Of a DNA stretch of 64,000 nucleotides, positions 11,538 to 25,733 are shown piece after piece (within the stretch, counting starts at the first letter, position 1; each line of letters opens with the position of its first letter). Source of the stretch: Takakia lepidozioides. Its lineage: Eukaryota > Plantae > Bryophyta. The stretch lies in contig CM060734.1 of NCBI GenBank assembly GCA_030704615.1, forward strand, positions 51,212,001 through 51,276,000, written 5' to 3'. Under the pieces are notes generated by a model that had not been told where the DNA came from, did no database searches, and worked only from the letters and a program-made list of their open reading frames with translations. Position numbers and translations under genes: made by a program.

Positions 11538-11700
11538 ATGCGGAACTATGTGAATGCCCTTTGGATGGGCCATGGCAGTAGGGGATTCATGGACAACATT
11601 CTGGAATTGAAATGGAGAGGTCAATATGATTTCATTCAAGCGAGTGTCTTCCGGCCTGGTCAAGGCTCCTCAAAGGTGTACTTATTCAAGATGCCCCATA
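11538..11700 (+). pseudogene. Mutator-like transposase fragment related to 40683-44141
   Basis: RNYVNALWMGHGSRGFMDNILELKWRGQYDFIQASVFRPGQGSSKVYLFKM aligns with RNHINALRMGTGSTGYVDSILELKRRSMYDFIQDNVFPGQGSLKVFLFKM of ORF 42189-43151. Confidence 0.8.
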
Positions 11701-14700
11701 GTGAGGAATTGGTACTATCTACTCTACTTTAGAATGATGGCAGGTTAACTGGAGTTGCAGCATTTCATGAACTACAGACATCTGCTGCACCAGCCATATA
11801 CCACCAGTCCTACATGTAATACAGAAAAATAGATTACACCAACCACAGAGTACCACCAATGCACGCTCAGGAATTGCAGCAAATCTGCGGCACCTCAATT
11901 GAATTTGGGAGCTCTGCCAAAACTTGCTTTGCTATGATAGGCTTCGCTAACAAAAACGATGTAGTGTCAGTCACAAGACCATGTATGATAATTGCAACCT
12001 GAAACCAAGGTAGTGAAAGACAAATGTGACACTCTAGCCAAGCCCAAATCAGTTTATCAACTATGACATTGTAGCCAAGCTCTATCACCTATTAGAATCT
12101 TCAAGGATAATGCCAACATATATCCACCAACTCCTAGTTGTGAGTGTATGCAAACAAAGACAAAAGACAAACCACATAGAAGGATAATTGCAGAGAACTG
12201 GATACCCCCTCTTTGTTACCCATCGTCCGCTGGCCCAAGCACCATGTCACATCTCTACATATAGCACAAAAACACCTTTGTCGAGCACTGCAAACCACAC
12301 ACTTCCTCCTAGGGAAAGTCACTCGGCATGAATTCCAAACCATGTGCGATAAAACATAGGATCCAACAAACTCTTGAAAAATAAAAATTCTAAAAGATTT
12401 TTTTTAACAAAAGGTTGTGGTATTATGAAAATTACATATATAAAAAGAAACAGGGGTACTTCTTTGCCTTTGTGTTACAAATTTTAGAAAAGAATATATG
12501 GGAAGAAGAAGGAAAAGGGGGGGTTGTGGAGCTAGGATACCATTTACCATTATGATTCCCATGGATGAACGTAAGTAAGTGACTATGGATGAAGTATGAG
12601 CTGGATGGAGTCATGAGAAGGTGACGATTTGTCTTACTTTAATAGCTAGTTTAGGATTAGGATTAGGATTAAAGCATACATAATTTTATATAATACTTTA
12701 AAGTAAATTTGGGTGCTAATAAAAGAATATAGTATTTTTTATAATTCAAAATAAAATACCCGTATTACAAAATTATGTAATATAAGGTGTGCTCTTGGTG
12801 TCTTTTTCTGGCCATTCATGAATGCAAGGTGCAGATGTGGGCATTGACCAAGGTTCAATGTCCACTGAATGGAAGTACATTATGTGCCACCATTTATGGT
12901 CACGGGTTTGTACACTATAATAGTCCCTTAGTTGGTCTTGAATGTCAACCACCCCCCATGCTGGTAATGCAACACAACTGGGGAGGTGGGGACCAGTGTT
13001 GGGTGGTCCGAGTCTGGACCGGTGTACCTGCAAGTTCTTTTTTAGGGTATCAAAGTATATGGACCTGACACAAGAATACGGTATACCGGTGGTACCGGGG
13101 TTGAGATGGATCCCGGCGGGGGCCCTATGAGCTTCTAAATATCCGAGCTCAACTAGAATCGGTGGGGCTGATGTAGGCACAAACCCGGACCTAGACCCGG
13201 ACCTGTAGAATTTCAAGGTCCTCGGGTCCTGTTGTGATCCACTCTAGCTGTAGGTATAAGTGTCCAGGTAAAACATACTCTAATATATTCTAGTTAAAAT
13301 ATTAACATGTTTCAAAGTCTCACACTTGAAGTGGATGCACGTCTCCATCCGCTGTTCTACTGCAGCTATTCCTAACAACGCGAATCCATCAGCGACGAAG
13401 GTGAACGAAGGTCAACAAGAACATTTGAATCTGCCCAACAAACCTGCCCAAAAAAATCACATTCGACGGCTGCACGATCGAGAGCTGACCACCTTCACAT
13501 ATACTAGGTACATCAAAGTATGTAGGTGCAGTTGAAAATGAAGGCATGATCACATTACGTAATTGAAATATGAACTTATATCAAGAGAGAAGCAGCCACC
13601 TTCGTTGAACGAAGGTCCAAAGGATGTTCACCAACAGCCTTAGATATCTCTCGCGCATACGATAACCCTAGGTCCAAAATATAGTAACTCGTCCACTTTC
13701 GTCTACACCTGACCTGTCTAGCCACAGAAAAGAGCCACCTTTGTTCACCATAGGTCATGCACAGTCCACACCCAAGCACCCGTAGGACGAAAAAACATTT
13801 TAAACGCTGAAATCATAAAAAATGCCATCTACCATTATCCAACATAGGTTCAGGCGATGGTTTGACCTAATGGAGCATGTTAAAGGAGACAACACCGGAC
13901 ACACTATGAGCGTACACCTATGCAAGCCATGTCAACCTCCGCCTTAGACAATATAATGCAATTCCAAAATAAATATCTATACAATGGATGAAGTATGCTT
14001 CTTACACAATGGTACACAAAAATAACGGAAAGCACCCGTAGAATGAATGATTGAACTACAAAAGACAAACGTGCTTCTTGACAGTCCTATGTCATTGTTA
14101 ATATTAAAAGTCCTCAACCTTGCAAGTCCCCATAAACTGGAGGCTCAGTAATGATGTTCCGTGGAATTTCTGGAGCCACCATGCCTACATAACTGTTTGT
14201 ATCACCCAATGCCAGTTGAAAGCGATAATACATGAGGTCAAACAATTGCCAACAAGGGCCAATTCATCTATTGAGTAGTGTCCTTGGATCCCAAATCTAT
14301 TACACATTCAGGTAGATCATCGACCAAGCTTGTACTCATACTACTACTAGACAGTTCACATGCCTCAGTAGCCTAGTCCAAGACATAGACATAGCTACCA
14401 CTCCCAAACATACACTTTTCTCGTGTCCACGCGATCATGTCATCCCACTCCTTGTCTTGTAGTAATGCTGCTTGTTTTTGGGCCTCAGCCTCTGGAGTCT
14501 GCGTAGGTTGGGAGCATTAGAAACAACTGTGGGGGCATGGGTAACTCAGCAGCATAGGTATCCAAAGGTCATTTCACCCTTTTTTTTTAACGCGATACAT
14601 AAACGATGTAGGGAGTGATCTCCCTGAGATCTGAACAAATGCAGTCATCCGGTCAAACTCATATAGAGAAGGGAAACGAGAAACAAACCAATATGTGTAG

Positions 14701-14721
14701 AAGGTTAATGAGATGACTCAC

Positions 14722-14912
14722 TCACACATCACCCTCGCCATCTGATGTGTCCACATACTTGACTGTAGGCTTTCTAGCAGGTGGCCCAGGAGGTCGTCTT
14801 CTCTTCGGGCCAGAGTCCATCATAGGCCTCAAAACATCATCGAACAGCTCTTTGTCCTTCTCTAATGCAATGATGTATGTGCCAGATATAGTTGATGCTT
14901 TCACTAAGTTCC
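14722..14912 (-). pseudogene. orphan exon of a beta-class amino-methyltransferase (paralog of the last MTase exon at 49935)
   Basis: After a TTGTAG acceptor it reads GNLVKASTISGTYIIALEKDKELFDDVL, matching GATFHACKSAGRHFFGMEGDAELF with the same splice position. Confidence 0.6.
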
Positions 14913-14959
14913 CTACAACAGAATCTCACCGGCGCAGAGAGAATCCAAAGAGAATGAAT

Positions 14960-16580
14960 TATCATAGTGTTGCAGCAGCATTGGGGGTAGGGGACGAGCA
15001 CATTACTCTGATATCAAACCAGTCCACAGAGGCCGGGAGTTGGCCTTCCATAGGGCATGTCAGGATACTGTTTCCTTGAACACGAAAAATAATGTTGCCC
15101 TGCAACTGATCATCCACCAAGGCAGTCACGTACATGGCTCTTGGGCCGTTCTCCGAGAGAAATCCCCTCCATCTGGGCAGCTGCAGATTTTGATTGTTGG
15201 AGAGGAGATCAAGCCACCTCTGGGACAGGCTACCATAACAGTTTGCCATCAAGAGGACACCCTTCTGGAAGAGAAACCAATTGCAGCCGCCTCTGGGATC
15301 CTGGGGAATTGATTTGGATGTCCAAGAAACATGATCATTTTTTTGCCTACACCGTTAAGATGGGTTACTCCCTCCTCGTACCAAAGCAATCCTTTCACAT
15401 GAAATGGACGACAAAATGGTCACATCACCCTGGGCTTTCGATCCCGTGGAACCTGGTTTGGAAAGATGTCTGGAAGAAGCACAGAGCTTCTAAAATCTCC
15501 TCTTTTCTTTGGAGGGTAGTCAACAGAATCCTCCTTGTTGGGAGTAATATCTCCGACCCTCCCTCTTCCTGTCTCACCTGCAATGTGGATTCTCCAGAAG
15601 ATCTGCAGCACTGCCTAGCCTCCTGTCCCTTCGCCGTAGTAGTCTGGGCCCGTGCTACTGCCCTCTACGCCTTCTGGAATATGGATCTCACCTACACTAC
15701 CCCTGCCATTCTCCTTAATGTTAAAGATGGGAGGCTGTTCTCCACCTATCCCTTTTGGGAGTCTCTCAGAGGCATTGTGCTTTGGCATATTTGGAAGATG
15801 AGGTGCTCTATAGTTTTTCAGAATGCGAGGCCTTGTCTGCAAAGGGTTTTGTTCTAAGCTCACTCAGACTTGAAGTCTGAAGCTCGGAAGTCTTGGTGTC
15901 TCCTTGTGGCAGCCATTGCAAAATGTGGAGACATGAGAAGGATCAAGCTGCTTGCAGACTTCGACAATTCTTGGGGCAAGGGGGGATTCTTTTGTAGGAG
16001 AATCGACGAGTCTTGGATTGAATGGTACGAAGACATCCCTGCCTGCTGGCAGTGACATCAGCAATAAGTCTTCGCCTCTGGTCGGTGAAGATGTGGAGGT
16101 CAACTGGAGGCACAAGAGGAGTCTTAGAATTGGGAAATCCAAGGCCCAATTATCTTTTGAGGCACCTAAAAGGAAAAGAGGCAGCATGTAGATCCTGGTT
16201 GATTAGGATCGTATTAGTGCTCTCCCTATCTTTCTTCTTCATCTACAGGTTGGATCTTTGCATTGTTATTGTTTTGGTGACATGGAGAGTCCTCGCTGGA
16301 TCACTATTCTTCTTGCCTTGTAGGCTAGATCTGTGCTTCAACTTCAATTCCGGCTGTGGAGCTTCTTCTCTCTCAATGCTGCAGACTTTCTTGGCAAAGT
16401 AGTGTCAGTGTAGCTTAGTATACTCTTATTGCAGCAGCTCTCCCCTCTTCCTTAGGGCTTTTGATTCGGAGTGGAACCTCTCTTCTCTGCCTTCATGGCG
16501 CTTATGTAAGGTTATTTTTTCCTTACCCTTATTAAATAAATTTCCAGGGCTACTATCCCCCCCTTACGTTAAAAAAAAAA
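14960..16580 (+). mobile_element. 5'-truncated L1-type LINE (zf-RVT region, 3' UTR, poly-A)
   Basis: WKDVWKK...KISSFLWR...CLTC...EDLQHCLASCPFAVVVW...LWHIWKMRC in ORF 15141-15857. AATAAA-like signal and A-tail at 16571-16580. 5' boundary approximate. Confidence 0.82.
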
Positions 16581-16922
16581 GATCAACAATGTCTGAGCCA
16601 AGGTGGCATACTGCTGCAAAGTACCAAACAGATGCTAGGAAACTTGATTGAGAACCAATGCCCGACCAGCCAAGGAAAGCATTGAAGAGCTCCAATAGGC
16701 TAGCTTTCTGCGAATACGCTGAAGAATTGGATCAAATATTTGAGTGTTTGTGAGGTTAATGCCAAACTAATATTTTGGATATGGGAGGTTCCCCATGTGT
16801 ACTTACCTCCATGGCCCTTGATGGTTATTTTTTCCATCTTATGTATCTCCTTCCAATGAATAAACAAGTTCCAGGGCCTCTGTCCCCTGTTCTGTAATTG
16901 TTTAAAAAAAAAAAAAAAAAAG
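16581..16922 (+). mobile_element. second short retroposed 3' fragment with poly-A tail
   Basis: AATAAA near 16859 followed by an A-run at 16904-16922. Weak LINE-C-terminus-like translation. Confidence 0.35.
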
Positions 16923-17376
16923 GCCGTCGTCACCCGGCATAACGTCGGCCGCTGTGGCCAGCCCTCAGAGGATACATATGTAGGTATGTATGTATGTATG
17001 GTCTGACGAAGGAGGAGCCGTTGGCTGACCGTTGCGGTGGGGATTTCAAAATAATGGGTCACGGGATGCGCATGCATGCTACACTTGGATGACTCCATGG
17101 GCCAGGCATGGCCGCTGTCGGCATCACACTGGAAAAAAACGAAGAGAGGTGTTCTTGATTGTGAGCTTGAGCAGAGATCCAGGAGAGACACAACCCTATG
17201 CCCAGATCATGGCGACGGTAGGTAGCCTCCTGCTGTATTGCCTGCGTTAGGTCGTGAAATTAGAGGAAAAGTTTGCGTTGTGTGGAGGAGGGAGACCGGA
17301 TCATCGTCCTGTTAGGCGCGAAGAATAAAGGAGCGATTTGAAGGAGTGCAATTGTGGGAGAGACAAGCAAAACGGA

Positions 17377-20300
17377 ATGGATAGAATGAACGGGAGCGAT
17401 TTTGGTTCTGTGGAAGGGGAAAGCTGCGTAGGGGCATGTTCAGAAAAGGAAGCCATGCAGTCTGTGCAGGTTGCCCTCAATATTAGGCCCCTTATTTCAG
17501 CGGAGCGCATTCAAGGTTGTAAGGACTGCATTTCGGTTGTCCCTGGTGAACCACAGGTGCTTTTATGTGATCTCTTCTTCGGGTTTCTCTATTATCACAA
17601 AGATAGTGTTCCGGATTGTTCTTTGAGCTTTTTTCCATACAATGTCCCTGCACCGTTCGGTTTCTGGTTTCTGATCACGACCCCTTCTCTCCGTTACCCC
17701 ATTCCACCGACTCTAACTCTCTGTGTTTAGCATGCAAGTGCAATGAAATGTCATTACTTCTGTCATCAGACGCAATTGCCACACTACTGGGTGTCTCTGT
17801 GATTTTGGTTATGGAATACGTCCTACACGCATCGTTACAGTTGGTAGAAGCACTCCAGCCTCTAGCCCCAATGACTAGTCTCTTTGGCTTTTTGTCTTCT
17901 TCCTGAACTTTGTGCAGGTACAAATTGGTAGCCATTCTTTCACATTTGACCATGTCTTTGGTAGTACTGGCACCCCTTTGCCAGCAATTTTCGACAAATG
18001 CGTGGTACAGCTTGTGGAGGGTTTGTTTCATGGCTACAATGCTACTGTCTTGGCCTATGGTCAGGTGCGGCAATCTTATCTTAGTTGCGATGCATTCTAA
18101 TCCTGAAAAATTCTTAGGTTTCTTTCCAAGTCTTTTATCACCATAATATCTTCAAACGGATATTTGCAGGTTCTACATTTCTTACGATCATATGTGCCGC
18201 CACTTTCCAAGCTTTGTAGATGAGGTGTGAAAAGTGGATGTGGACCATAACCTTGGTGTTATAGTTGACCATAGAAAGCAAAGAGATTGCCTCAGAAATT
18301 TTCCCTCTTATCGTTAATGACTAAGATGTCCTGGGCTCCAGACTGGATCGGGGAAAACCTACACAATGGGGACAGGGTACAGAGTGGGAGGCAGTACAGA
18401 GGGAGTCATCCCTCAGGTCATGGAGACCATTTTCAAGAAGATTGAAATTCTCAAAGAGAGAGCCGATTTTCAGCTGAGAGTTTCGTTCATTGAGGTAACC
18501 CCAAATTGCATATGCTCGTAACGATGCTAAAATGGATAGAGAAATGCAGGTGGTTTTTAGCGCAATTTGTGTGTATAAGGTCGGGAAAACTAAAGAACAA
18601 AACCTCGGCTTTAGCTACAAGCATGCATATCGCTAAGAAGTGTTGTGGATTGCGCACTACAGATCCTAAAAGAGGAAGTGCATGATTTGCTGGATCCAAA
18701 TCCTCCATCAGAAGAAATCTCAAACGGGGGAGGACCATATAGTATATCGTTCGGCGGAGGGCAGAAGACTCTGGGAACAGTGAAACCACCCATACAGATC
18801 CGCGAGACAGGCAACGGAGGCATTACTTTGGCTGGAGTAACTGAGTCTGATGTAAATAGCCTCGTGGAAATGGCAGCTTGCTTAGAGCAAGGGTCACTCT
18901 GCCGCGCTACAGGAAGCACAAACATGAACTCATGCTCGAGGTCAGCTACCCCCTCTCCATGAGTGAAGTTCCACTGTCGCACCTGGGTGGTTAGCCACGT
19001 CATATATAGGTCAATGAATCTTATTTTTAAAATCCAACCTGTCCTTGTACTTGATTTCGTTCTCTGCGTTGCAGTCGATCACATGCCATTTTCACCATAA
19101 CACTTGAGCAAAGACGCAAATGGGAGATACCATCAAAAGCTGGCAGCCTTCTGCTGGAAGATTCCGGCGAGGATTATCTGTGTGCAAAGCTTCATCTTGT
19201 GGATCTCGCTGGCTCAGAACGGGCGAAGAGAACTGGGGCAGATGGCATACGTTTCAAAGAAGGTACTAAGTGGCATCCACCATCTTCCCCTGCCCACTCT
19301 CCATGCTCCTCCCTTTCCGTGTCCCTGGTGTTGTGCAGAAGTATTATAACATTATCTTACTGTGCTTGGTGCAGGGGTGCATATTAATAAAGGATTACTA
19401 GCACTTGGAAATGTGATCAGTGCCCTGGGTGATGACAAAAAGCGCAAGGAGGGAGGGCATGTTCCTTACCGGGACAGCAAACTCACTCGACTTCTGCAGG
19501 CAACATATTCTTTATCCTAATCCTAGTACTTTCTCATTATACCCGGCTTTCCCATGGTTCACTCAATGAATGATTCAGTTGAGTAGGTTATTCCCTGGAG
19601 AGTAGTAAAATGTCTGTCTTGATGGAATTGGCAGTTTGATTGACAAAGATGACAACTCATGAGGGTATATTTTGATAATTGCAGGACTCCTTAGGAGGGA
19701 ATAGCAGGACCGTTATGATTGGTGAGTAACTGTCAAGCTGATTGACCTTGAGCCCGTGACACTTTGTGAACTGAGGAACGGGATGATTTGCATTTGCTAG
19801 CTGTGCATGCGGCTCTAACTTGATCTTTGGCAATATGTTGCAGCTTGCGTAAGCCCAGCAGATTCCAATGCCGAAGAAACATTGAATACTCTCAAGTATG
19901 CCAACCGTGCTCGGAATATTCAGAACAAACCCACGGTGTGTGATTGCTCATTATCATGATTCCCTTAATTGTAAGCTCCGTATTTACATGAACATACTTG
20001 GGACTCCAGGTGGAGATTCTTCTAACGGCTGACTCTACTTATATGGTGGCTGACCTTACACTCTTGATGTAATAGCTAGTTCACTGTTTTCCAGGACTTA
20101 ACAGTGGGTTGTGTAGCTGTGGTGAAGTAACTTCTAAATCTGAAGGGAGGGCTTACCAAATGTCTGGGCTATGGATTGCCTGGGTTTCTCTGCCAGGTTA
20201 ACCGTGATCCTATGGCTGCGGAGATGCAGCGAATGAGGCAGCAGTTGGAGGTCATGCGAGGAGAGCTTATTTGTGCGCAGGCTGGGGGTCCATCCTCAAC

Positions 20301-23300
20301 AGACATACAGGTAAGCTGTCAGGTACTTTGAAGCAGTTAGATGAATTGTTGACAAAAGCTGTAAACCCATTCAATATATAGAGAAACACTCAAAATCAAT
20401 CCTCTCTCTTGTTCCCGTATTCACAGCTGCACGAATTTTTTTGGCTTTGCTTAGATTAGGTGGATTGAAAAACCAAGGACGGTAAAACTTCTGGTACATG
20501 AATTTACAGTAGTGTTTCAAGCTTCTTCCCCATTGAGTATTTAGTCATGACTGTCAAGTGATTAAATGATCAATTCCGAAAACTCCTTTGACATCAGACT
20601 CTTCGGAACACAATTAATGTGGCGAAAGACTGCAGATGTTGAAGCAGAAGATTGTATGGTTAGAAGCCAGTAATGCGTCTCTTCAAAGGGAGCTCCAAGA
20701 ATCTCTTGGGCGTCTGGAAACCATGGCTCAGCATGCTGTGCGTTCGCAGGTGAGATATGTGTGGCGTTGGTATACAATATAATTGTTGTGGTTGTATTTC
20801 ACTGTTTCTTTGCGATACATCTTCTATGTTGGCGCTGATACATCTTAAATGTGATTTCATATTAATGTATTGCTAAAAAATGGTTGGTGAGGTAGACTGA
20901 AGAAATGGAAGGGAATATTGTTTGCTATGTCTGATTTATGATGTTTGACTATGATTCGGGTGTGTAGGTTGAACGAGACAAGCTGCAGCTCAAACTTGAC
21001 CAACTTCGAGCAGGCAAGACTTTTGAGGAGCTCGATGAAGAGAATGATGTGAAGGTGTGCTAACTCTTATGTCATGAAGACAACATCTTAATGTAGATGT
21101 CCAATTGGGGTGGAGTCAGGTTCGCTTTGTCATTGACAATGGTGGAAGTTGAGGGTTAACTGCATACTAGATACTTGATACATGATTCTTTTGTCTCTTA
21201 AGAAAGGTAAAGGACCTGTTACTTGGAATCTTGCGTTGCAGAGTGATGGCCTCCTCAAAGAGTACGCAACAAGAATTCAACAGCTGGAATGTGAGCTGCA
21301 ACACATGCAGTCTTCAAGGTCTCACTTGGCTTCTTCCAGGCATCCATCTTCTTTTTCTTCTCACAGCCTGGAAGACAGTGGCTCACTAGCCGATTTCGAG
21401 AGTGCTGTCATTGAAGGAGGCATGCTCCCACATTCTGGTGAGATATTCTGCTCTCGGAGATTCTGATTAAGATTCACAATTGCATTGAATGACGTCTGAC
21501 ATCAACAAGCTTTCATTTGCAGTGTTATTTTGCGAGCTGGTATATAGTTTATTCCAGAGCTCAGGAACCCTTACATGTGCTGACTTAGTTTCTGTCATTG
21601 GATACAAAGATCGTACGTGAAACCAGTCCTAAAAGGTAAATGATCACAATGTGCAGGTGAAACCCCTGGTGAGGCAGAGGCCGAAGCAGTGACCAAGGAG
21701 TGGGAGCACACAATGCTGCAAGAGAATCTGGACAAAGAGCTGCAGGAACTCAACCAAAGGCTTGAACAGAAAGAGGTGCACAAACTCTGTTTAGTCATTT
21801 TTCTTGAGAATAGAAAGTGACGGATCAGAGATTAGGTTTGGTAACCTGGCTTCACCGATGCATGTATGAAGACTTCTCTGAGCCAATCACCGTGTGCACA
21901 AACTGAGTTTAATCATTTTTCTTGAGACTAGAAAGTAACAGTTCAGAGATTATGTTTGGTAACCTGGCTACGCCAATGCATGTGTGGATCCTAATGGTAC
22001 CTTTGAGCCTATCACAGTTGTTATAAATGTACCAAAGTTGATAAATTCCTCTCTAGTATCTTCCTGCATTTCCCTTATATCATAATCATTGTGATTCTAT
22101 TGCAGCTGTGACTTTGGCACTGGTGTAAAATACAAAGCCATCAAGACTGATTGGGTTTGTGGTATGACGTAATAGGCTGAGATGAAAACCTTTGTGAAAT
22201 CGGATGCTGTAGTCCTCAAGCAGCACTTTGAAAGGAAACTTTTGGAAATGGAGGAAGAGAAGAAGACTCTACAGGTATCGTATATTGCTCTCTTGTAGTG
22301 TTATGCTTGGTTGGAACAACAGCTCCATATATTACATGTGCTGCCATGTTCCCTGAAATGAGCCTAAGTTAGTGTTTGTCAGTTCACCAATGGAGAATCA
22401 GGCGTTCTCTTGGTTAGCACTCATATTTTTTCTAAATTCAGAATGGGTAAAAGTGTTCTCGTCACGGAAATTGATAAGGGTCTTTTGAGATCATCACCAG
22501 ACTTTCTCTAACACTTGCTTTGTACTGGGTACACTTTTGTGGCTTGTGCAGCGGGAAAGAGACACACTAATGACAGATCTAGAGTCACTTGCAACAGCGT
22601 CAGACGAAACAACACATAAGATGCAGGAGACCTACATGCACAAGTTGAAGCAGCTTGAGAGTCAGGTACAATAGGACCCTAGAATTTTCCATGTGGACTG
22701 GAGCTATGGGACCTATAGGCCACTTGTATCTGGAAGGGCACACCCCATATGTCTGGGACATTGAATTTTCTGTTGTCGCCGAGAGCAGATTGCAGACTTG
22801 AAGAAGAAGCAGGACAATCAGTCTCAACTACTCCGCCAAAAACAACGCAGTGATGAGGCTTCCAAGCGGTTGCAGGAAGAGATTCATCGTATTAAGACCC
22901 AAAAGGTACTTTGCTCACCCTTGAGTGTGTATTTTGAGTATCTCCTACAGCAGCTATATTCTAGAACTCTCAGTAATCAGTATCATCATTGCTCAAGGTT
23001 GTGTTGTGGGGGAGCATTGTTGCAGGATTGGAACGGTAACTAGAATGGTAACTCCTACAAATGCTCAAAGTGATTTTTCATTGAAGATAAGATTGAACTG
23101 TAGTGCGTGTTCAAGTATTTTGGAGTGTGACTGTCTACAGGTACAATTACAGCAAAAAATCAAGCAGGAGTCAGAGCAATTTCGGTTGTGGAAGGCAGCC
23201 AGAGAAAAAGAAGTACTTCAGGTTCGTTTCTTACACAATCTGCCACCAACCCAATGGTTGCTAGCTTGTTTTGATAGATTATCCATGTGAACGTAAATCC

Positions 23301-24774
23301 TTCAATAAGTAATCGTGGAGTTGTAAGTCCAACACCACCTTCACAATTTCTGGTCTTATTTGTACCTCATCTGTTTTGTACTGATAATACAATTGTATGC
23401 CGCCTTACTAAGAAGTGCTATGTGGCTCCTGTATCAGCTTAGGAAAGAAGGCCGGCGAAATGTGTATGAGATGCACAAGCTTCAGGCACAGAATCAGCGT
23501 CAGAAAATGGTATTTTAACTCGGACAATATTTCACATATGTCCTTGATCATATGAGTTTCTTGAGGGAGAGAATGATCAATTGCCTTTTAGATCTGACTC
23601 GCCGACAGTCTGTTTTGGGATCATCAGACACCCCGGGAAGGCCATCGCTTTTCTTCTGGTATCTGAATCCTGTTATTCCCACGCCATGATCACTTGCGAT
23701 GGTAACAAGTACTGCCATCAAACTGCCTATGCCATCTACATACTGGAATAATGTGGTCTTTTAGTTATGGTCTTGACTGATGATGACATGGAAGCTTGCC
23801 GATACAGGTTCTCCAACGGAAGACAGAGCAAGCAGCAATGGCGACTCGGCGTTTGAAGGAGGTTCTTGAAGCGAAGTCTGCTAAAGAAACGGCCCCTAAT
23901 GGTGAGACATTTTTTCTGCTGCTTCCACCAATTCAAGAATGCATGCATGATATCACAAGATTCAAGTACAGATTTGGGCAGACCATTGTATAAGATGCAA
24001 CTTCCCTTGTCAAAGTAGTCCTCTAGTTCTTTCAATGCTGGTTCTTTCTGCTGTCTTCTGTCTCATATGCTCATTGAGCTTCCTGTGGATGTCATAAAGT
24101 TTTTGTTTGTTTCCCTTTCCAAGCTAGTTTGTTTCAGGATCAGAGATGCCTGGCCATACGTATAGGTGGTTCTCCATCTTTTCTTGTCTTCTATTTCTTA
24201 CATAAGGTGGTTGTTTTAAAGTTTGTAATTTGGAAGTGTGTTGGTGTGGTACTAATGAAGTTATGTCCCGTATTTTTACTGTGCATTCTGCAGGACTCCA
24301 TTTGCAGAATGGTTCTGCTGCCCAGGTGCGCTCACTCCTGACATTTTGTGCTAAATAGCTATGTTGTAGGCTACTGTTGTGTAACCATGAATTATAATTT
24401 TTTTCTTTTGAGTTGAATGTGCAGCATAGATGTAGGTAAAACCAAGTACTATCAAGAATTGGTGATGACCTTAAAAGCAGGAACTAATTTCAATGACGCT
24501 TCCTGGTTTGCAGCAGTGGCTTGATCAGGAGCTTGAAGTCGAAGTTCGTGTTCATGAAGTTCGATCTGCCTACCAGAAACATATGGAAGAGTAAGCCCTG
24601 GCAACTATCTGTTCAAGACTTGGGTAAAAGGATCTCTGTTAGTTACCTAGTTTGCTTTGGGGTCTCTGCAGACATATGCCCAACTAATATTTGTGGTGCT
24701 GAACAGGCGAGCTGCTATGGCAAAGGAGCGTCTGGAGCTAATGCAGGGAGAAGAGATTTTTTCTAGCAATGCCG
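17377..24774 (+). CDS. KIN4: kinesin-4 family motor (KIN4A/FRA1-KIN4C-like), multi-exon, 3' part absent from window
   Basis: Exons e.g. 17377-17556, 17918-18064, 18342-18494, 18663-18940, 19075-19262, 19375-19499, 19685-19721 ... 23141-23221, 23438-23509, 23808-23901. Motifs: GQTGSGKT P-loop, [37 protein letters not shown], and kinesin-4 coiled coil [15 protein letters not shown] / [19 protein letters not shown]. Confidence 0.93.
21777..22015 (+). repeat. ~118-bp tandem duplication at start of a kinesin intron
   Basis: GTGCACAAACT...CATTTTTCTTGAGA.TAGAAAGT...GTTTGGTAACCTGGCT...ATGCATGT occurs twice. Confidence 0.7.
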
Positions 24775-25733
24775 GGTATACACTCCTACCCATTCCAACC
24801 TTGTTGCCCCCTATTACTGAAGAGATACCTGAAACTAACACCCACAGATCTGGACTTGCCACAGTCCACAGCTGGGACTTGCCATGGTCTGTCCACCATG
24901 GCAAGTCCTGGGTTTGCGTGTTGGTAATAGTTGGTGGGGGTGAGAGTGGGTGTTGAAATTCTGCAAACTGATTTTGTTTTGGTTTTCTTAAGCGCATTTT
25001 TCTCGGGGAGGCATTGGGGATTACGCAAGGACTGGAGTGAGGTAATTTAGAGGAATGCTGAGGGAAGAAAGGAGGAAACATCTAGCGCCCAACGACAAAA
25101 CAAGGATGCTTTGGTAGATGTATATGATTGCAAGTCCAAGCTGGGATCCCTACTAATCCCTACTCCTTACTTGTGGGCTTACCTGTTTGTCAGTCAATCC
25201 CATGTAGCAACCAGGAGTGTCGTATCGCGTGTGGTGGGGTGGGGGCCCCACAGCTTTGCCCGACTATTAGGTGCCCCCTTGGTAACCCCCACATTAACTA
25301 GAAACATATCTCTCCTGATGTTTTGTTGCCTCAGGCAGTTTGAAGCCATGATACTCTGTGCCATGATACTCGGGTGGGAAGTTTTGAAATAGGACCATGT
25401 CTCAGTGATGTGCTCAGGATTTGAAGACCAACAACAACAAAGAGTCTATGGATTCTGATGGCTATCCCACAGGTGGATGGGACTGAAATTGTAGAGTAGT
25501 ACATCTACTAAATGTTTTTGAGGACACATTCTCTGTTACATACAAAGACACTATTGTCATAACAAAAGCTGTGTGAGGTGATGTAGCTTGTTCAACATGA
25601 CTGTATTAGAAATATCCAGAAGAAAGCCATCCCTTTGATTCGACCCCATACAAAGATTACACTTATCCGGACAAATTGCCTAGACCTGGAAGTTTTGGGT
25701 GAAATATGGCTGTGCATGCGTGCAGGTCTGCAA

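Noticed and set aside
12651-12670. TTAGGA telomere-like repeat (also TTAAGGG/TTTAGGG at about 44593-44613)
   Set aside because: Only about 3 units each, too short to call interstitial telomere. At most a telo-box-like promoter motif.
12920-13246. hAT-like MITE (CCGGAC/GGACC motifs, ...CCACTCTA end)
   Set aside because: No matching left TIR or 8-bp TSD found.
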